This document shows positions 11,515-22,875 of a stretch of DNA of 64,000 nt, in pieces; within the stretch, counting starts at the first letter, position 1, and every line of letters starts with the position of its first letter. The position numbers and the translations under genes are program-made. Source of the stretch: Octopus vulgaris (taxonomy: Eukaryota); assembly GCA_951406725.2 (NCBI GenBank), contig OX597816.1:1798001-1862000 (forward strand). The letters run 5' to 3'. The notes below the pieces were generated by a model. The model saw only the letters and a list, made by a program, of their open reading frames with translations. It made no database searches and was not told where the DNA came from.

Positions 11515-11999
11515 GGTTTTAGCTGGACAAACTGACCCCGGTCTATATGTTTCTTGAAGTCTGTTATTCTATCAGTCTCTTTTCCCACACTAAGTTAAGG
11601 GACATAAACAAACCAGCATAGGTTGTCAAGGTGTTGGAAGAAGGGAAACACACACACGTGATAGGCTTTCACACATCATCTACCAACCAAAGTCACTCGC
11701 ATGGTGTTGGTCAGCCTGGGGCTAAAACAAAAGATGCTTGCTGAAGGTGGCATACTGTGGGAATGAACCTGAAACTATGTGGCTGCAAAGCAAGGCTCTT
11801 AACCACACAGCCAGGCAGTGCAAACCACTTTCACTTTGAGCGTCTTCTGCTTCTGGGCTGACTAGCCTTGTGAGATGGAAAGAAACGTGTGTGTGTGTGT
11901 GTGCCACTTGACACCAGCATTCAAAAGGCACCATTTGAGTATGGCCAATGCTGCTCTGTTTGTCTAAGAGCTACCTCTACTTGCCTTTGTAGGTGAGCG

Positions 12000-12365
12000 T
12001 GTATATTTCTCAAGTCCCTGCCAGGGATTGAACTCACAATGTAAGGGTTTGTAGCCTGTAGGCAACTTTGGGGCTTATAAACCTAAGATATTTTATCTAT
12101 AATTGCCTACAGGTACATAATGTAGTGGATAAGAGTGTGGGCAACTAACCCTTGGATACCCAGGCAGGGATTTGGGAAATAATATCAACAGAAAAAATAA
12201 CATCAGCAAAAAAAAAGAATACCTTAGGAATGAGAACAGTGTACCCCAATTAGTGAAAGGGTTGGGTTCAAAATTCCAGCAGGACACCTGATTGAAGGCT
12301 GGAGAGTACACCAGCCAAAATGTAACAACAAACAAGGTGAGGGCACCTGTCCTATCCATAATTCC
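12000..12365 (+). mobile_element. Penelope-like terminal remnant (same family as 28455-29040)
   Basis: Shares gggattgaact..., gggcttataaaccta, gaatgagaa...gtacccc and cacctga(t)tgaaggctggagagtaca...acaaggtgagg with the 28.5-29.0 kb copy. Confidence 0.55.
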
Positions 12366-12499
12366 TTCATTTCAAAAATATAAAATGGTAATGATTCTGC
12401 CTAACCAATTAGTGGGGTGCTTCGGTTTGATATGCCTTGATTCTTTATAGGATCCCTTGTAACCAAAACTATACATACTTCTATTTTTATATTTTCCAG

Positions 12500-12595
12500 A
12501 ATTATCTGAAAGATTCCAAACATCCATTGAATCATGTGATGTGTTTGTCCGAAGGTTCTGAGAACCAATGTTTTAATGCAGTTTTGCAGGGCTAA
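12500..12595 (+). CDS. Gelsolin-like protein, last coding exon
   Basis: attttccAG acceptor. Translates NYLKDSKHPLNHVMCLSEGSENQCFNAVLQG*, with TAA at 12593-12595. The stop directly after G3 implies a three-domain, severin-sized invertebrate gelsolin. Confidence 0.92.
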   Translation, partial: NYLKDSKHPLNHVMCLSEGSENQCFNAVLQG

Positions 12596-13007
12596 AAGTA
12601 TTACGTTTTGTAGAATACCTCAATTTTTATGAGGAGCAACTCCTTGAAAATTCCTTTTCGACATTCCAGTTGAAATATTAAATTTATTAACAATAACTCA
12701 ACCAATTTTATAACTTTTAATACCCTTTTTATTTTTTTTTTCCACCCCTTTTGTTGTTGAAATATTTTGGCTGTAAAACAAAGATTTGTTGTTGGTTTGT
12801 TTCAGTCATAATGGTTTATAAACATTGATTTAAAAGGAAAAAATAAACGACTAAATTTAGAACCCTGCCCTAACCCTGTTGTGGATATCTGAAACCAGGG
12901 TCTGTCCAATACGAAGCAAACAACAACAGCTGTCTTATGAGAGCAATGTTATTTCTTATCCATTACATCTAAAGGAAGAAAATTTACAGAAATCAATGTT
13001 TGACATT

Positions 13008-13023
13008 TTTATTTAACAATAAA
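13008..13023. terminator. Candidate polyadenylation signals: AATAAA on + (13018-13023) and on - (13008-13013)
   Basis: Sequence tttatttaacaataaa, followed on + by a T/GT-rich tract. Another + AATAAA is at 12842-12847. The region is AT-rich, so chance hits are possible. Confidence 0.4.
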
Positions 13024-13377
13024 ATTGTTTTTAAAACTGCTTGTTTGGTATTTCACATTTCTTTCGAGACAGACAATTGGCCCAGCGTTCCGGTTCAGTT
13101 CAACATCGACAACACTGAATAATTGAACTGTCAGCATCACCACAATTCTATTCAAATTCTAAATCTGCAACATTAATTCTAGGTTATTCAGAGATGCTGC
13201 CCCCATCATATTTGTGAAAGATATTTAAGATTTTGTAGACACACTTGAAAATCCTTTTAATACCATTTAAACAAGAAATTCAACTTTTTTTTTTTTTAGG
13301 CAGCCTGTCTGACGCCATCTTGTTTTAAAATGAACATAAAGTGAAATTTTTGTGTCCTAAACACACCAATTTAATCT

Positions 13378-13772
13378 CTCTTTTACTTGTTTCAGTCATT
13401 TGACTGTGGCCATGCTGGAGCACCGCCTTTAGCCGAGCAAAGGACTTATTCTTTGTAAGCCCAGTACTTATTCTATCGGTCTCTTTTTGCCGAACCGCTA
13501 AGTGACGGGGACGTAAACACACCAGCATCGGTTGTCAAGCAATGTTAGGGGGACAAACACAGACTTGCCACAATATCAGTTTGTCCCTGGTATAGCTTGA
13601 CAATTGGTGTTGGTTTGTTCACATCCCTGTAACGTAACAGTTCTTCAGCAAGAGGCTAATAGGGTAATTATCAAACTTTAAAGAAAAAAGTCCTGGGGTC
13701 AATTTCTTTGACTAAACCCTTGAAAGCACTGCCCCAGCATGGCCTTGGTTAATTGGCTGAAAGAAATAAAAG
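13378..13772. mobile_element. Inverted pair of SINE family A 3' halves
   Basis: 13378-13562 (-) and ~13580-13772 (+) both match the tail half of the element at 53025-53418. Confidence 0.75.
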
Positions 13773-13855
13773 AAGACCTGAAACTGCAAATGTCTCTGCC
13801 CAGTGTATATCAATAAGAGAAAGGGGGAAATTCAAGAAGGAATTATTGAAAAAAA

Positions 13856-14028
13856 AAAATTAAAAATATCCTTCACACCCCTCCTGCACAAATTTATCCA
13901 AGTTTTGACACTTTAGAGACATCAAATCTTATGGGTCTGGTATCCAGAATCAGAAGATTTGATGTCTCTAAAGTGTCAAAACTTGGAAAAATTTGTGCAG
14001 GAGGGGTGTAAAGGATATTTTTAATTTC
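13856..14028. repeat. Near-perfect hairpin (~75-bp arms, ~22-nt loop)
   Basis: aaattaaaaatatccttcacacccctcctgcacaaattt...catcaaatctt pairs with aagatttgatg...aaatttgtgcaggaggggtgtaaaggatatttttaattt. Confidence 0.9.
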
Positions 14029-15030
14029 TTCTGGATTTCTGAGTTCAAATGCCATCAAAGGAGCATGTTGCTTTTCATCCTTTGGGGGGATTCAATAAAA
14101 TAAAGGAGCAGTTGAACAGGATTAATGCCTCCCCCAAATTTCAGCCTTTGTGCCTAGAGCAGAAAGCTTTTACCTTGTGTTTTGTTTGAGTTTACTGGAA
14201 TATTTTTTGCTTTTCTGTTAAAAATAAAAAGCTAGAAGTTTAGAATTGAATTGTATCAATGATGGAAGGGTTTGTGGGGAGATGGAATATTAGGGGTCAG
14301 TTTGTCACCGGTGATTTGTTAAATTGGTCAAAGGCAAAAGTGGACCAGATGAAAGGTAGACAAACATTAATTTAGTGAGGAATGAGTTGGCAAAACAAAA
14401 ATGGTTGGAATATGTTCAGCAGACGATGTGTTCAAGGGGAAATGACTGCTTTGGTTCTGGATAGAAAGAAATCGGTTCTGGCACTGTGGAAGAAGAAGAA
14501 TGTTTTGGTGACGGGGAAGGAAAAGAGAAACGTTGTGCTGTCAAAATGACGCTAACATGGAAGGAATTCACCAATATTCTAAGCAAAAGGTTAACAGGTC
14601 TTGTGTCTGAGAATAAAAGCAAATTTGGAGAGAGTAGTTTAGAAGTAATAAACAAACGAAGATTTTGGTTTAAAATAAGTTAAATAACAAAAAAAAAAAC
14701 TTTTTTTATTGTTTGATGGGTGAAAAGAGAGTCACATGAAGTGTGCAGTTAAAGTTTCCAGAAGTCCTTATTAGAAAACAACTGAAATTTGCTGTTGTCA
14801 TAGCAACAAATATTTAAAGAAATGTCAATATACAATAAACCATAAATATTTACCAAATCTGGTTTGGAAACAAATGGTAAAGCCCGCCAACTTCCAACTG
14901 ATTGGGTCTCACTCGATGCCCCCAAAATTAGTTCTTCTAAATATCAGTTTATTCAGATAGTCGTTTCTTTCTTTCTTTCTTTTTTTCCTGGATAGACCAA
15001 ACAAAAAAAAAAAAACCCCCAAGAAATCAA

Positions 15031-15195
15031 TTATTTTGGGAAGTCAATCTCTCCTTTGGCCAAATCAACCAGTTTTGGATATTTCACTTTCTTCTTGTCT
15101 AATTCCTCTTGGGCCCATAACAATAACTTGAGAAGATTTGCAAGTTTAGGGGTGGAATCAACATCCAAAATGGCAGCGTTAAGCTCACTGGCAAC
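15031..15195 (-). CDS. GID8: GID8 last coding exon (CRA)
   Basis: taattgcAG acceptor. Translates [54 protein letters not shown]. Total protein is 226 aa. Confidence 0.97.
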   Translation of the reverse strand, partial: VASELNAAILDVDSTPKLANLLKLLLWAQEELDKKKVKYPKLVDLAKGEIDFPK

Positions 15196-16059
15196 CTGCA
15201 ATTAAACAAACGAGTCTTAGCAAAAGGTAAACAACCCCATACAATTATTACAATCTGTACAACAACAACAACAACATGGGGTGCTTTAGCAGAGTTTTGT
15301 GTGAAAGAATTTAAACTTTCCCAAAAAACGGGTCTTTTCAATGTAATTTATTGTCATCGTCATCATCATTTAACGTTTGTCCATGCTGGCATGGGTTGGA
15401 CAGTTTGATAGGAACTGCCAAAGGATTGCACCAAGGTCCCGCATTTGTTTTTATGGTTAGACGTCCTTCCTAATGCCAAACACATTACACAATGGACTGG
15501 CAAGACAAAGATCCTCTCAGAGAATGGGGCGTGGCATATCCCTGACCCACAACTATTTTCCTTTATCTTCCCCTAAACTGTCCAAGCCTCCAGCCATGTC
15601 CACTCTTCACTGCATCTCTATTGATTGTGCCTCTTCCCATCCATCTTTCTTTCTCTGTCCCTTTTCTCCCTTCCCTGCTGGGGTACACATACGTCTCCTC
15701 TACAACAAGACACCTGTTCCTGCTCCTCTTTCCTACTTTGACCCCTCAACACTTGGCACAAAGCCACCCACTGCACCCCCTGTCAACAGGTTTTGTCTTT
15801 CTGATTATTTGCTAACTTCAGAAGAACCAGTGCTGTGAAAAAGCATATCCAATACTTTATGTAAAGTAGTTGACATTAGGAAGGGCATCCAGCCAGAGCA
15901 GACACTGAACCCCAATGCACATCCTTGGCCCCTATCTGACCCATGTTATACAGGCATTAAGTTATTAGTGATATATAAGTTTAAATTAATGGCAACATAA
16001 TTAAAAATCACTGCATCATTATTTAACATCCATTTTCCATGTTGGTAAGGGTAAGACGA

Positions 16060-16582
16060 TACGAGGGGAGTCAAAAAGTAATGCCATTTTGTTTAAGACA
16101 CAGGAACATGTGTCATACATCAAAGTGAAGCTTATTACGAGTTTATTGTTTTCCCTTTTGGCAAGAAATCGACCAGAATGACCCCTTGAGCATCCCAAAA
16201 GACAGTTGCCATGATATTTCCAGCTGACTTTTGCATCTTGAACACGGTGGTGGTGCCACTCCATTGACTGCCTCTTTGATTCCGGTTCATAATGATGAAC
16301 CCATGTTTCATCACCTGTTACGGGCCTTCAAAAGAAGATGCTGTCTCTTTGACTTTGTAGTGAAGAAGTGGCTCAAAGAACAGCCAAGACTTTTACGGGG
16401 CAAGGATACATGCTCTCATTCGAAGGTGGAACATTGCTATTGAGAGAAACAGTGACTATGTTGAGAAGTAAGGATGTGATCCACAGAGAACCAGCTTCAT
16501 TTTGATGTATGATACATGTTCCTGTGTTAGTAATTATACCTGTCCTAAACAAAATGGCATCACTTTTTGACTCACCCTCATA
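16060..16582. mobile_element. Non-autonomous mariner element with TA target sites
   Basis: TIRs tacgaggggagtcaaaaagtaatgccattttgttt / aaacaaaatggcatcactttttgactcaccctcata. Internal remnants: VTGDETWVHHYEPESKRQSMEW and SAGNIMATVFWDAQGVILVDFL on -, and KKWLKEQP...DYVEK* on +. Confidence 0.9.
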
Positions 16583-16953
16583 TATTTGACATGGTTTGAT
16601 GGGTCGATTTGTGTGTCACCGTTTGCTTTGGTCTGACTTCTGCAGCAGGATGCCTTTCTTAACACCAAACTACCCCAGAGCATGTTCTGGGTACCGTTTC
16701 ATGCCGGCAGCACGAGTGAAGTTACCATACAGCTTGCAAAACTAAGAACTCCTTCAACTGAGGTGGGCAAGAGTAGAAAGCAAAGAGGCTCACAGCAACT
16801 CCCTTTACAGAAGAGAGACTGAAAGGAAGCTGGAAAGAGTTAAAATAGTGGAACCTTAAGGTATAGGGTGAGTAGAAGTGATGGGGGAAGAAATATTTAT
16901 AGGAGGAGGTAAAGTAAAACAGCTCCCAATTTTTTTTGTGTGCAATTTTTCTC

Positions 16954-17681
16954 TGAATTAATCCAAGTCAGTGTTTACATAATCATTGGCGAAAGCATTA
17001 AATGTGTTAATTAGCAATTAGTATTAATAAACACCAGGAGTTTGAGTTGTTTTATCAAAATATATTTCAGTTGCTTTAATCGAACCGAAAATGCGATTCC
17101 GATGAAGGGACAATGTCCAGTTGTAAAGATACTCATGGAATTGGTTTATGTTGGAAAATAATGATCCTGAGAACAGTATAAGGACAGAAATTAGTGGAGG
17201 GCCTGGCTGGATTAAAATAACTCACCACAGAGTTTCAATATAGAATGAAATTTCGTGCTCTGGTACTTGGACAATTTGCCTCAATAACGAGAAGAGATGG
17301 ATGGAAAGAAAAAGCACGACACAGCCACACAGTCGAGGGGGTGGGTTATCTGGTGACCCCACTAGTGTCAGTGTTACGTAAAAAGCACCCAGTACACTCA
17401 AGTGTTAGGAAGGGCTTCTAGCCAAAGCAGAAATTGGAGCTCAATTGGGGTCTTCTGGCTCATCAGAACTTGTTGAACTGTCTTACAAAGATGGGGGTTA
17501 AATGAAGAGGATCAGTCTGAATTTAAAGTATTACATATCTCTGTCCAACCCATGTCAGCATGGAAAACGGACCTTAAACGATGATGATGATGATGATGAT
17601 TTCAAACAATTGTGAATTCTTCTCAAAGCCTTCTTTGCTGCCATTTCTAGAGAAACATACTGCAATAATCTCTCCTCTAAA
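16954..17681. repeat. Inverted duplication, copy A (GID8 last intron)
   Basis: Reverse complement of 21476-22212, with only scattered substitutions and small indels. Confidence 0.95.
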
Positions 17682-18146
17682 ACAATAAGAATTCCTTCAG
17701 CCAAAACTAAGTTGTCTCCCTTCGCTCTACAATTATTAACATTTTCCACTCCCAGAAAAACCTTCATTTAACTTCCTAAATTCTTTCCAAATCATTTTTA
17801 ATTCTCCCCCGTCCCTATCACTAAATAAAATCTGCCAGCATGGAAGGCGGATGTTAAACGATGATAATGGTGCTGCTGAAATGCATTCTCACCAACTTTA
17901 AACAGTTTAGGAAACCTTCAACCATCTGACAAGTTTTTTCCGACCCACTTTTTCTCTAAAAAAAAAAGTTTTAAACAGGCAAAGCAAGCCCCCCCCCCTC
18001 TAGTCAGAAAGCAGCTTACATTAGAAGGGAACAATGATTATAATTGAAAAGTAACCAGAATTCATTTTTTCCTCAGAATCCAACCAGACAAAAAAGGTTT
18101 TTCTTTAATTGCAAAAATAAAGTATTTTTAAATTTCAATAACGAAC

Positions 18147-18344
18147 CTTTTGTCTTTGAGACGGATGGAGTAACTCTCCGAATGGAGAATTCTCTGGGTC
18201 TTCAAATGCCAGAAGAGCTAAAGTCCTTTCTAATTCTGATAAGATTTCTGGATTCTCTTCTCCACGCTCTGCCAGATGGTTTTGGGCATATTCTAGGACC
18301 GCTTCCACATCTTTGTCACGGATCAGTTCAATGAGGTGTTGTTG
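18147..18344 (-). CDS. GID8: GID8 third coding exon (CTLH-CRA)
   Basis: tttgttgtAG / GTtcgt; 198 nt. Translates [66 protein letters not shown]. Confidence 0.97.
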
Positions 18345-18899
18345 CTACAACAAACAAAACAAGAAAAGGAAGAGAAAAAAAAAACATAAGAAAAAAACAT
18401 GGAGAAGTTGGGTTGGGTTCAGATTTTTCTAGAATGGAAAATCCTTCTGTCCTCAGCAGACACAAAATCTTCCTCAACACATCCAGTCAAGACATTTCTA
18501 ACAATACTTTTGGTTGTAATCATTGTTTAATGTCCACCTGCCATGGGTGGGTTGGTTTGACAAGAACCACCCACGCAGAAGCCTGCAGCAGATTTTTCTG
18601 ACTGTTTTGGCAGGATTTTTACAGCTGGGTGCCCTTCCAAATGCAAACCACTCAGCAGAGTGGACTGGATGTTTTATATTTACTTGTTGATTGTTCTCCA
18701 CACTGACACTCCTACCTTGCCACCCCAAACCCAACCAGTGAATAACTTATAATAATCTTTAGTGCATCTTTAGTGCTCAGGTGTGTTACAACTGATCAGA
18801 AAAGGTTAAAGAGATGACAGAAAGCCAACATTTAAGTCAAACAAAGAAAGGAAATGGAAATGAAAACTAGAAGTACGTTTACTGTAGACAGAATAAAAC

Positions 18900-19330
18900 A
18901 TAAAAACAGATAAAAGTGAACATGAAAAGAGTCCTAAAGATGAAAGGGTGGATGGGCATGTCAGGAATAATGTTGGTGAATTTTGGGAAGCATGGGATTT
19001 TTGAAGGATGCAGTGTCCTGACAGCTAATGGCTGATAAAGTTTATTCCATACTTCGACAATTTATGTGGAAAATGTTTCTGAAAATCATGGATGCTGCAG
19101 ATTTAAAAAAAAAAAATTTATGAGGATGTTATTGAAAAGATGGTGGACAATTTTGTGGGCTTCTATCCTGACAGTTGCTCCATGTTGAAGGCTTAGTGTG
19201 TCAATGAGCAGAGAAGCGATACAGTGAAGACATGGTGACTGAGAGGTGGGTATTCGCCTGGTTGCATGTCTATGGACAGTCCTCCCATTCTGAATAAAAC
19301 AAGGGTTCCACACTGGAACGCCCATCAGAC
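18900..19330 (-). mobile_element. Degenerate CR1/L2-like LINE 3' remnant
   Basis: Decayed translation PVWNPCFIQN...HRHATRRIP...EAHKIVH resembles the post-RT region of CR1-group ORF2. Confidence 0.55.
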
Positions 19331-19964
19331 ATTTCCAATGTCATTGCCCCCCCTCACAGCCAAACACTGAAAGCATTTTCCTGTCGCAGCAGCAGCAGCA
19401 CTAGTGAGGTTGGATTGTCGTTTGTGGAAGTAAAGAGTGTGGTTGGCTTGTGTGAGGGGAGGAGCAGGCGATGGAGGAGAGACTTAGCAACTTACACGGG
19501 TGGCTGGAGTGGCCCAGAAAGAGAGGAGCGAGTAGGGCATCGTACCATGAAGGTGACATACTCAAGAAGTGGAGCAGAAAAAAGAGTGTGGAGACAGAAG
19601 GATCAGCAAAGGTGGGCATGGTTGGAAGGGACGGGGGGCGGGGGCAGGGAATGGATGGATGCAGTGCAGGGATGGCGATAGAGTCTATAGTAAGAGGTTG
19701 TGCTTTCATGATTTACAGCAACAGAATCATTTAGAAGACAGGTGAGCGATGGAGGGATGAATGTTTGGGTGAAGAAGGATCGGCTTCAAGGAGAATGAAA
19801 GAGGGATTGAACTCTGGCGTTCAGATTCCGCTACCAAATGCAATGTTTTGAAATGATCCTGCATTATCTTGTAATTGTTTTATTCTTAGAATGACATTGT
19901 AGGGTAGGTGTGAGAGGTGGGATCTGGCTGGCTTGAACACAAAATAGAATATTTGGTTCTAATC

Positions 19965-20280
19965 GTGGCCATTGCCAGCCAACCCTGGCACCTAAAAAAG
20001 CACCATCCGTACGTGGCCGATGCTAGCGCCACCTGGGCTCGCTTCCGTGCTGGTGGCACGTAAAAAGCACCAACCAATCGTGGCCGTTGCCAGCCTCCCC
20101 TGGCACGTAAAAAGCACCCACTACACTCATGGAGTGGTTGGCGTTAGGAAGGGCATCCAGCTGTAGAAACACTGGCAGATCAGACTGGAGCCTGGTGCAG
20201 CCTCCTGGCTTCCTAGACCCTGGTCAAACCGTCCAACCCATGCCAGCATGGAGAACGGACGTTAAACGATGATGATGATG
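19965..20280 (+). mobile_element. RTE LINE 3'-tail copy ending in (GAT)n
   Basis: Matches the 3' UTR of the element at 42023-42770. Representative of more than 20 such fragments, e.g. ~2550, 9660, 23260, 26110, 30250, 35835, 46521, 49441, 52595, 54550, 58970 and 63730. Confidence 0.85.
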
Positions 20281-20581
20281 AATATGGCTGGTTTAAATGC
20301 TAAAGGATGAAATGATCAATGGTAGATGTGTGTGGTGGAGGGGAGGGATGATGGTAAGAATGGAGTGTGGGTGTGTGCAGGAGGAGGGAGGTGAGCCTAG
20401 TGGTTGGGTGGGGGTGGAGGATGGGGGAAGGCAGCAGCAGCAGCAGACACGACAAGGACATTGTGCAAGAAACCAGCCGTGAATATGTAATCTTCGTCTC
20501 AATCTATGAAGTGAAGCAAAGAAATGGAAGTCTCAGTTACAAGAAATGTGGGATTAAAAAAGATTATCCACTTGGCACTGA

Positions 20582-20621
<40 letters not shown>

Positions 20622-20910
20622 TATAAACCTGGCTGTAAAGGCAGGTTTATTATCAAACACACTGTGACAGAAGATCCTGTGATGATCGGGTCTGAAGAGG
20701 GTGTGTAAAATATTGCTATAAAATTTGGTCCTATGACAGCCAGGTCCCAGGAGGGGGTAAAATGCAATACAGAAAGTAACTTAACTGAAATGATATCAAA
20801 AATGTGTTACATGTGAAATTAAATGGGGTGGGTGGGTGAATTACCAATAAAAATCAATAAACCCCAGCCCCTTAAATTGAGATAACGAAAGCGTATGTTG
20901 TAGGTGTTAC

Positions 20911-21107
20911 CTGCAGGTGAAAATAGAGATAACGATCATTGTCTAACAACTCTGGATGGAGACTATTAACAAGTGAAATGGCTTCTTGGATACGACCATT
21001 CTGTATAGCATCTCGAATCTTAATCCTCTCATCCAGCTGATCCAAATCCACTGAAGGCTGAATCCCGGATTCCACTCGGAATTTTTCGGCAGCTTCTTTA
21101 AAACCCT
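20911..21107 (-). CDS. GID8: GID8 second coding exon (LisH-CTLH)
   Basis: ttttattcAG / GTaaca; 197 nt. Translates (E)[65 protein letters not shown]. Confidence 0.97.
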
Positions 21108-21475
21108 CTGAATAAAACAAATATAAAAATATGTCAAAAAAAAAAAAAAAACCAGGCAAATGCAAAACAGATTTCTGAATACTGTAAACAATGAAAACTT
21201 TCCTTCAGAACAAGGAACAATCAATTCAGAGAACAAACATCATCATCATCATTTCCATTTTAGCTCAGAGAAGGATTGTTAAGAGAGATTCTTCTCTGGC
21301 CAGGTGCCCTTCCTGTTGCCAACTCTCGCCTGGGTTTGCATGGAAAACTGAAAGCAAACCAAATCACTTTTATTATGTTGATATTCGTTTACAGGCATCA
21401 CGCGATGTCAAGACAGTGGTAGACACACAAAATAGGGCTTCATTCAATTTCCATTTACAAATCCACTTGCAAGGC

Positions 21476-22212
21476 TTTAGAGGAGAGATTATTGCAGTAT
21501 GTTTCTCTAGAAATGGCAGCAAAGAAGGCTTTGAGAAGAATTCACAATTGTTTGAAATCATCATCATCATCATTGTTTAAGGTCCGTTTTCCATGCTGGC
21601 ATGGGTTGGACAGAGATATGTAATACTTTTAATTCAGACTGATCCTCTGCATTTAACCCCCATCTTTGTAAGACAGTTCAACAAGTTCTGATGAGCCAGA
21701 AGACCCCAATTGAGCTCCAATTTCTGCTTTGGCTGGATTTCTTTGGCTAGAAGCCCTTCCTGACACTTGAGTGTACTGGGTGCTTTTTACGTAACACTGA
21801 CACTAGTGGGGTCACCAGATAACCCACCCCCTCGACTGTGTGGCTGTGTCGTGCTTTTTCTTTCCATCCATCTCTTCTCGCTGAGGCAAATTGTCCAAGT
21901 ACCAGAGCACGAAATTTCATTCTATATTGAAACTCTGTGGTGAGTTATTTTAATCCAGCCAGGCCCTCCACTAATTTCTGTCCTTATACTGTTCTCAGGA
22001 TCATTATTTTCCAATATAAACCAATTCCATGAGTATCCTTTACAACTGGACATTGTCCCTTCATGGGAATCGCATTTTCGGTTCGATTAAAGCAACTGAA
22101 ATATATTTTGATAAAACAACTCAAACTCCTGGTGTTTATTAATACTAATTGCTAATTAACACATTTAATGCTTTCGCCAATGATTATGTAAACACTGACT
22201 TACATTAATTCA
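21476..22212. repeat. Inverted duplication, copy B (GID8 intron after the first coding exon)
   Basis: Reverse complement of 16954-17681; carries an extra 14 nt around 21731-21745. Confidence 0.95.
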
Positions 22213-22214
22213 CA

Positions 22215-22875
22215 GGAGCCAGTCCAGTGGCACTGGCAATGACCTTGCTCGAATGCTTTTTCATGTGCCACCAGCACAGGTGCCAGTAAGGCGATGCTGG
22301 TAACGATCACGCTCAAATGATGGTTTTTACGTGCCACTGGCATGGAAGCCAGTTAGCTGCTCTGGCAATGATCATGTTTGGATGGTGCTCTTAGTGCTCC
22401 GCTAGCACGGATGCCAGTCATCGAATTTGATTTTGATTTCACTTACCTCAACAGGTCTTCGCAAGCAGAGTTTAGTATCCAATGAAGAAAAGGTATGTAT
22501 AAGTGGGCTGGTTACACCCCTGGCATAGGCCACGAGATTATGGTCTCACTTAGCTTGCCAGGTCTTCTCAAACACAGCATATTTCCAAAGGTCTGTCACT
22601 AGTCATTGCCTCAGTGAGGCCTAATGTTCAAAGGTCGTGCTTCACCACCTCGTCCCAGGTTTTCCGGGGTCTACCTCTTCCACAGGTTCCCTCAACCGCT
22701 AGGGTGTGGCACTTTTACACAGCTGTCCTCATCCATACGCAACACATGACCATACCAGCGCAGTCGTCTCTCTTGCACACCACAGCTGATGCTTCTTAGG
22801 TCCAACTTTTCTCTCAAGGTACTTACACTCTGTTGAGTATGCACACTGACATTACACATCCATTGGAGCATACTG
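22215..22875 (-). mobile_element. Truncated RTE LINE (ORF C-terminus plus part of 3' UTR)
   Basis: SMLQWMCNVSVHTQQSVSTLREKLDLRSISCGVQERRLRWYGHVLRMDE is homologous to the ORF at 42771-43100. Confidence 0.9.
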
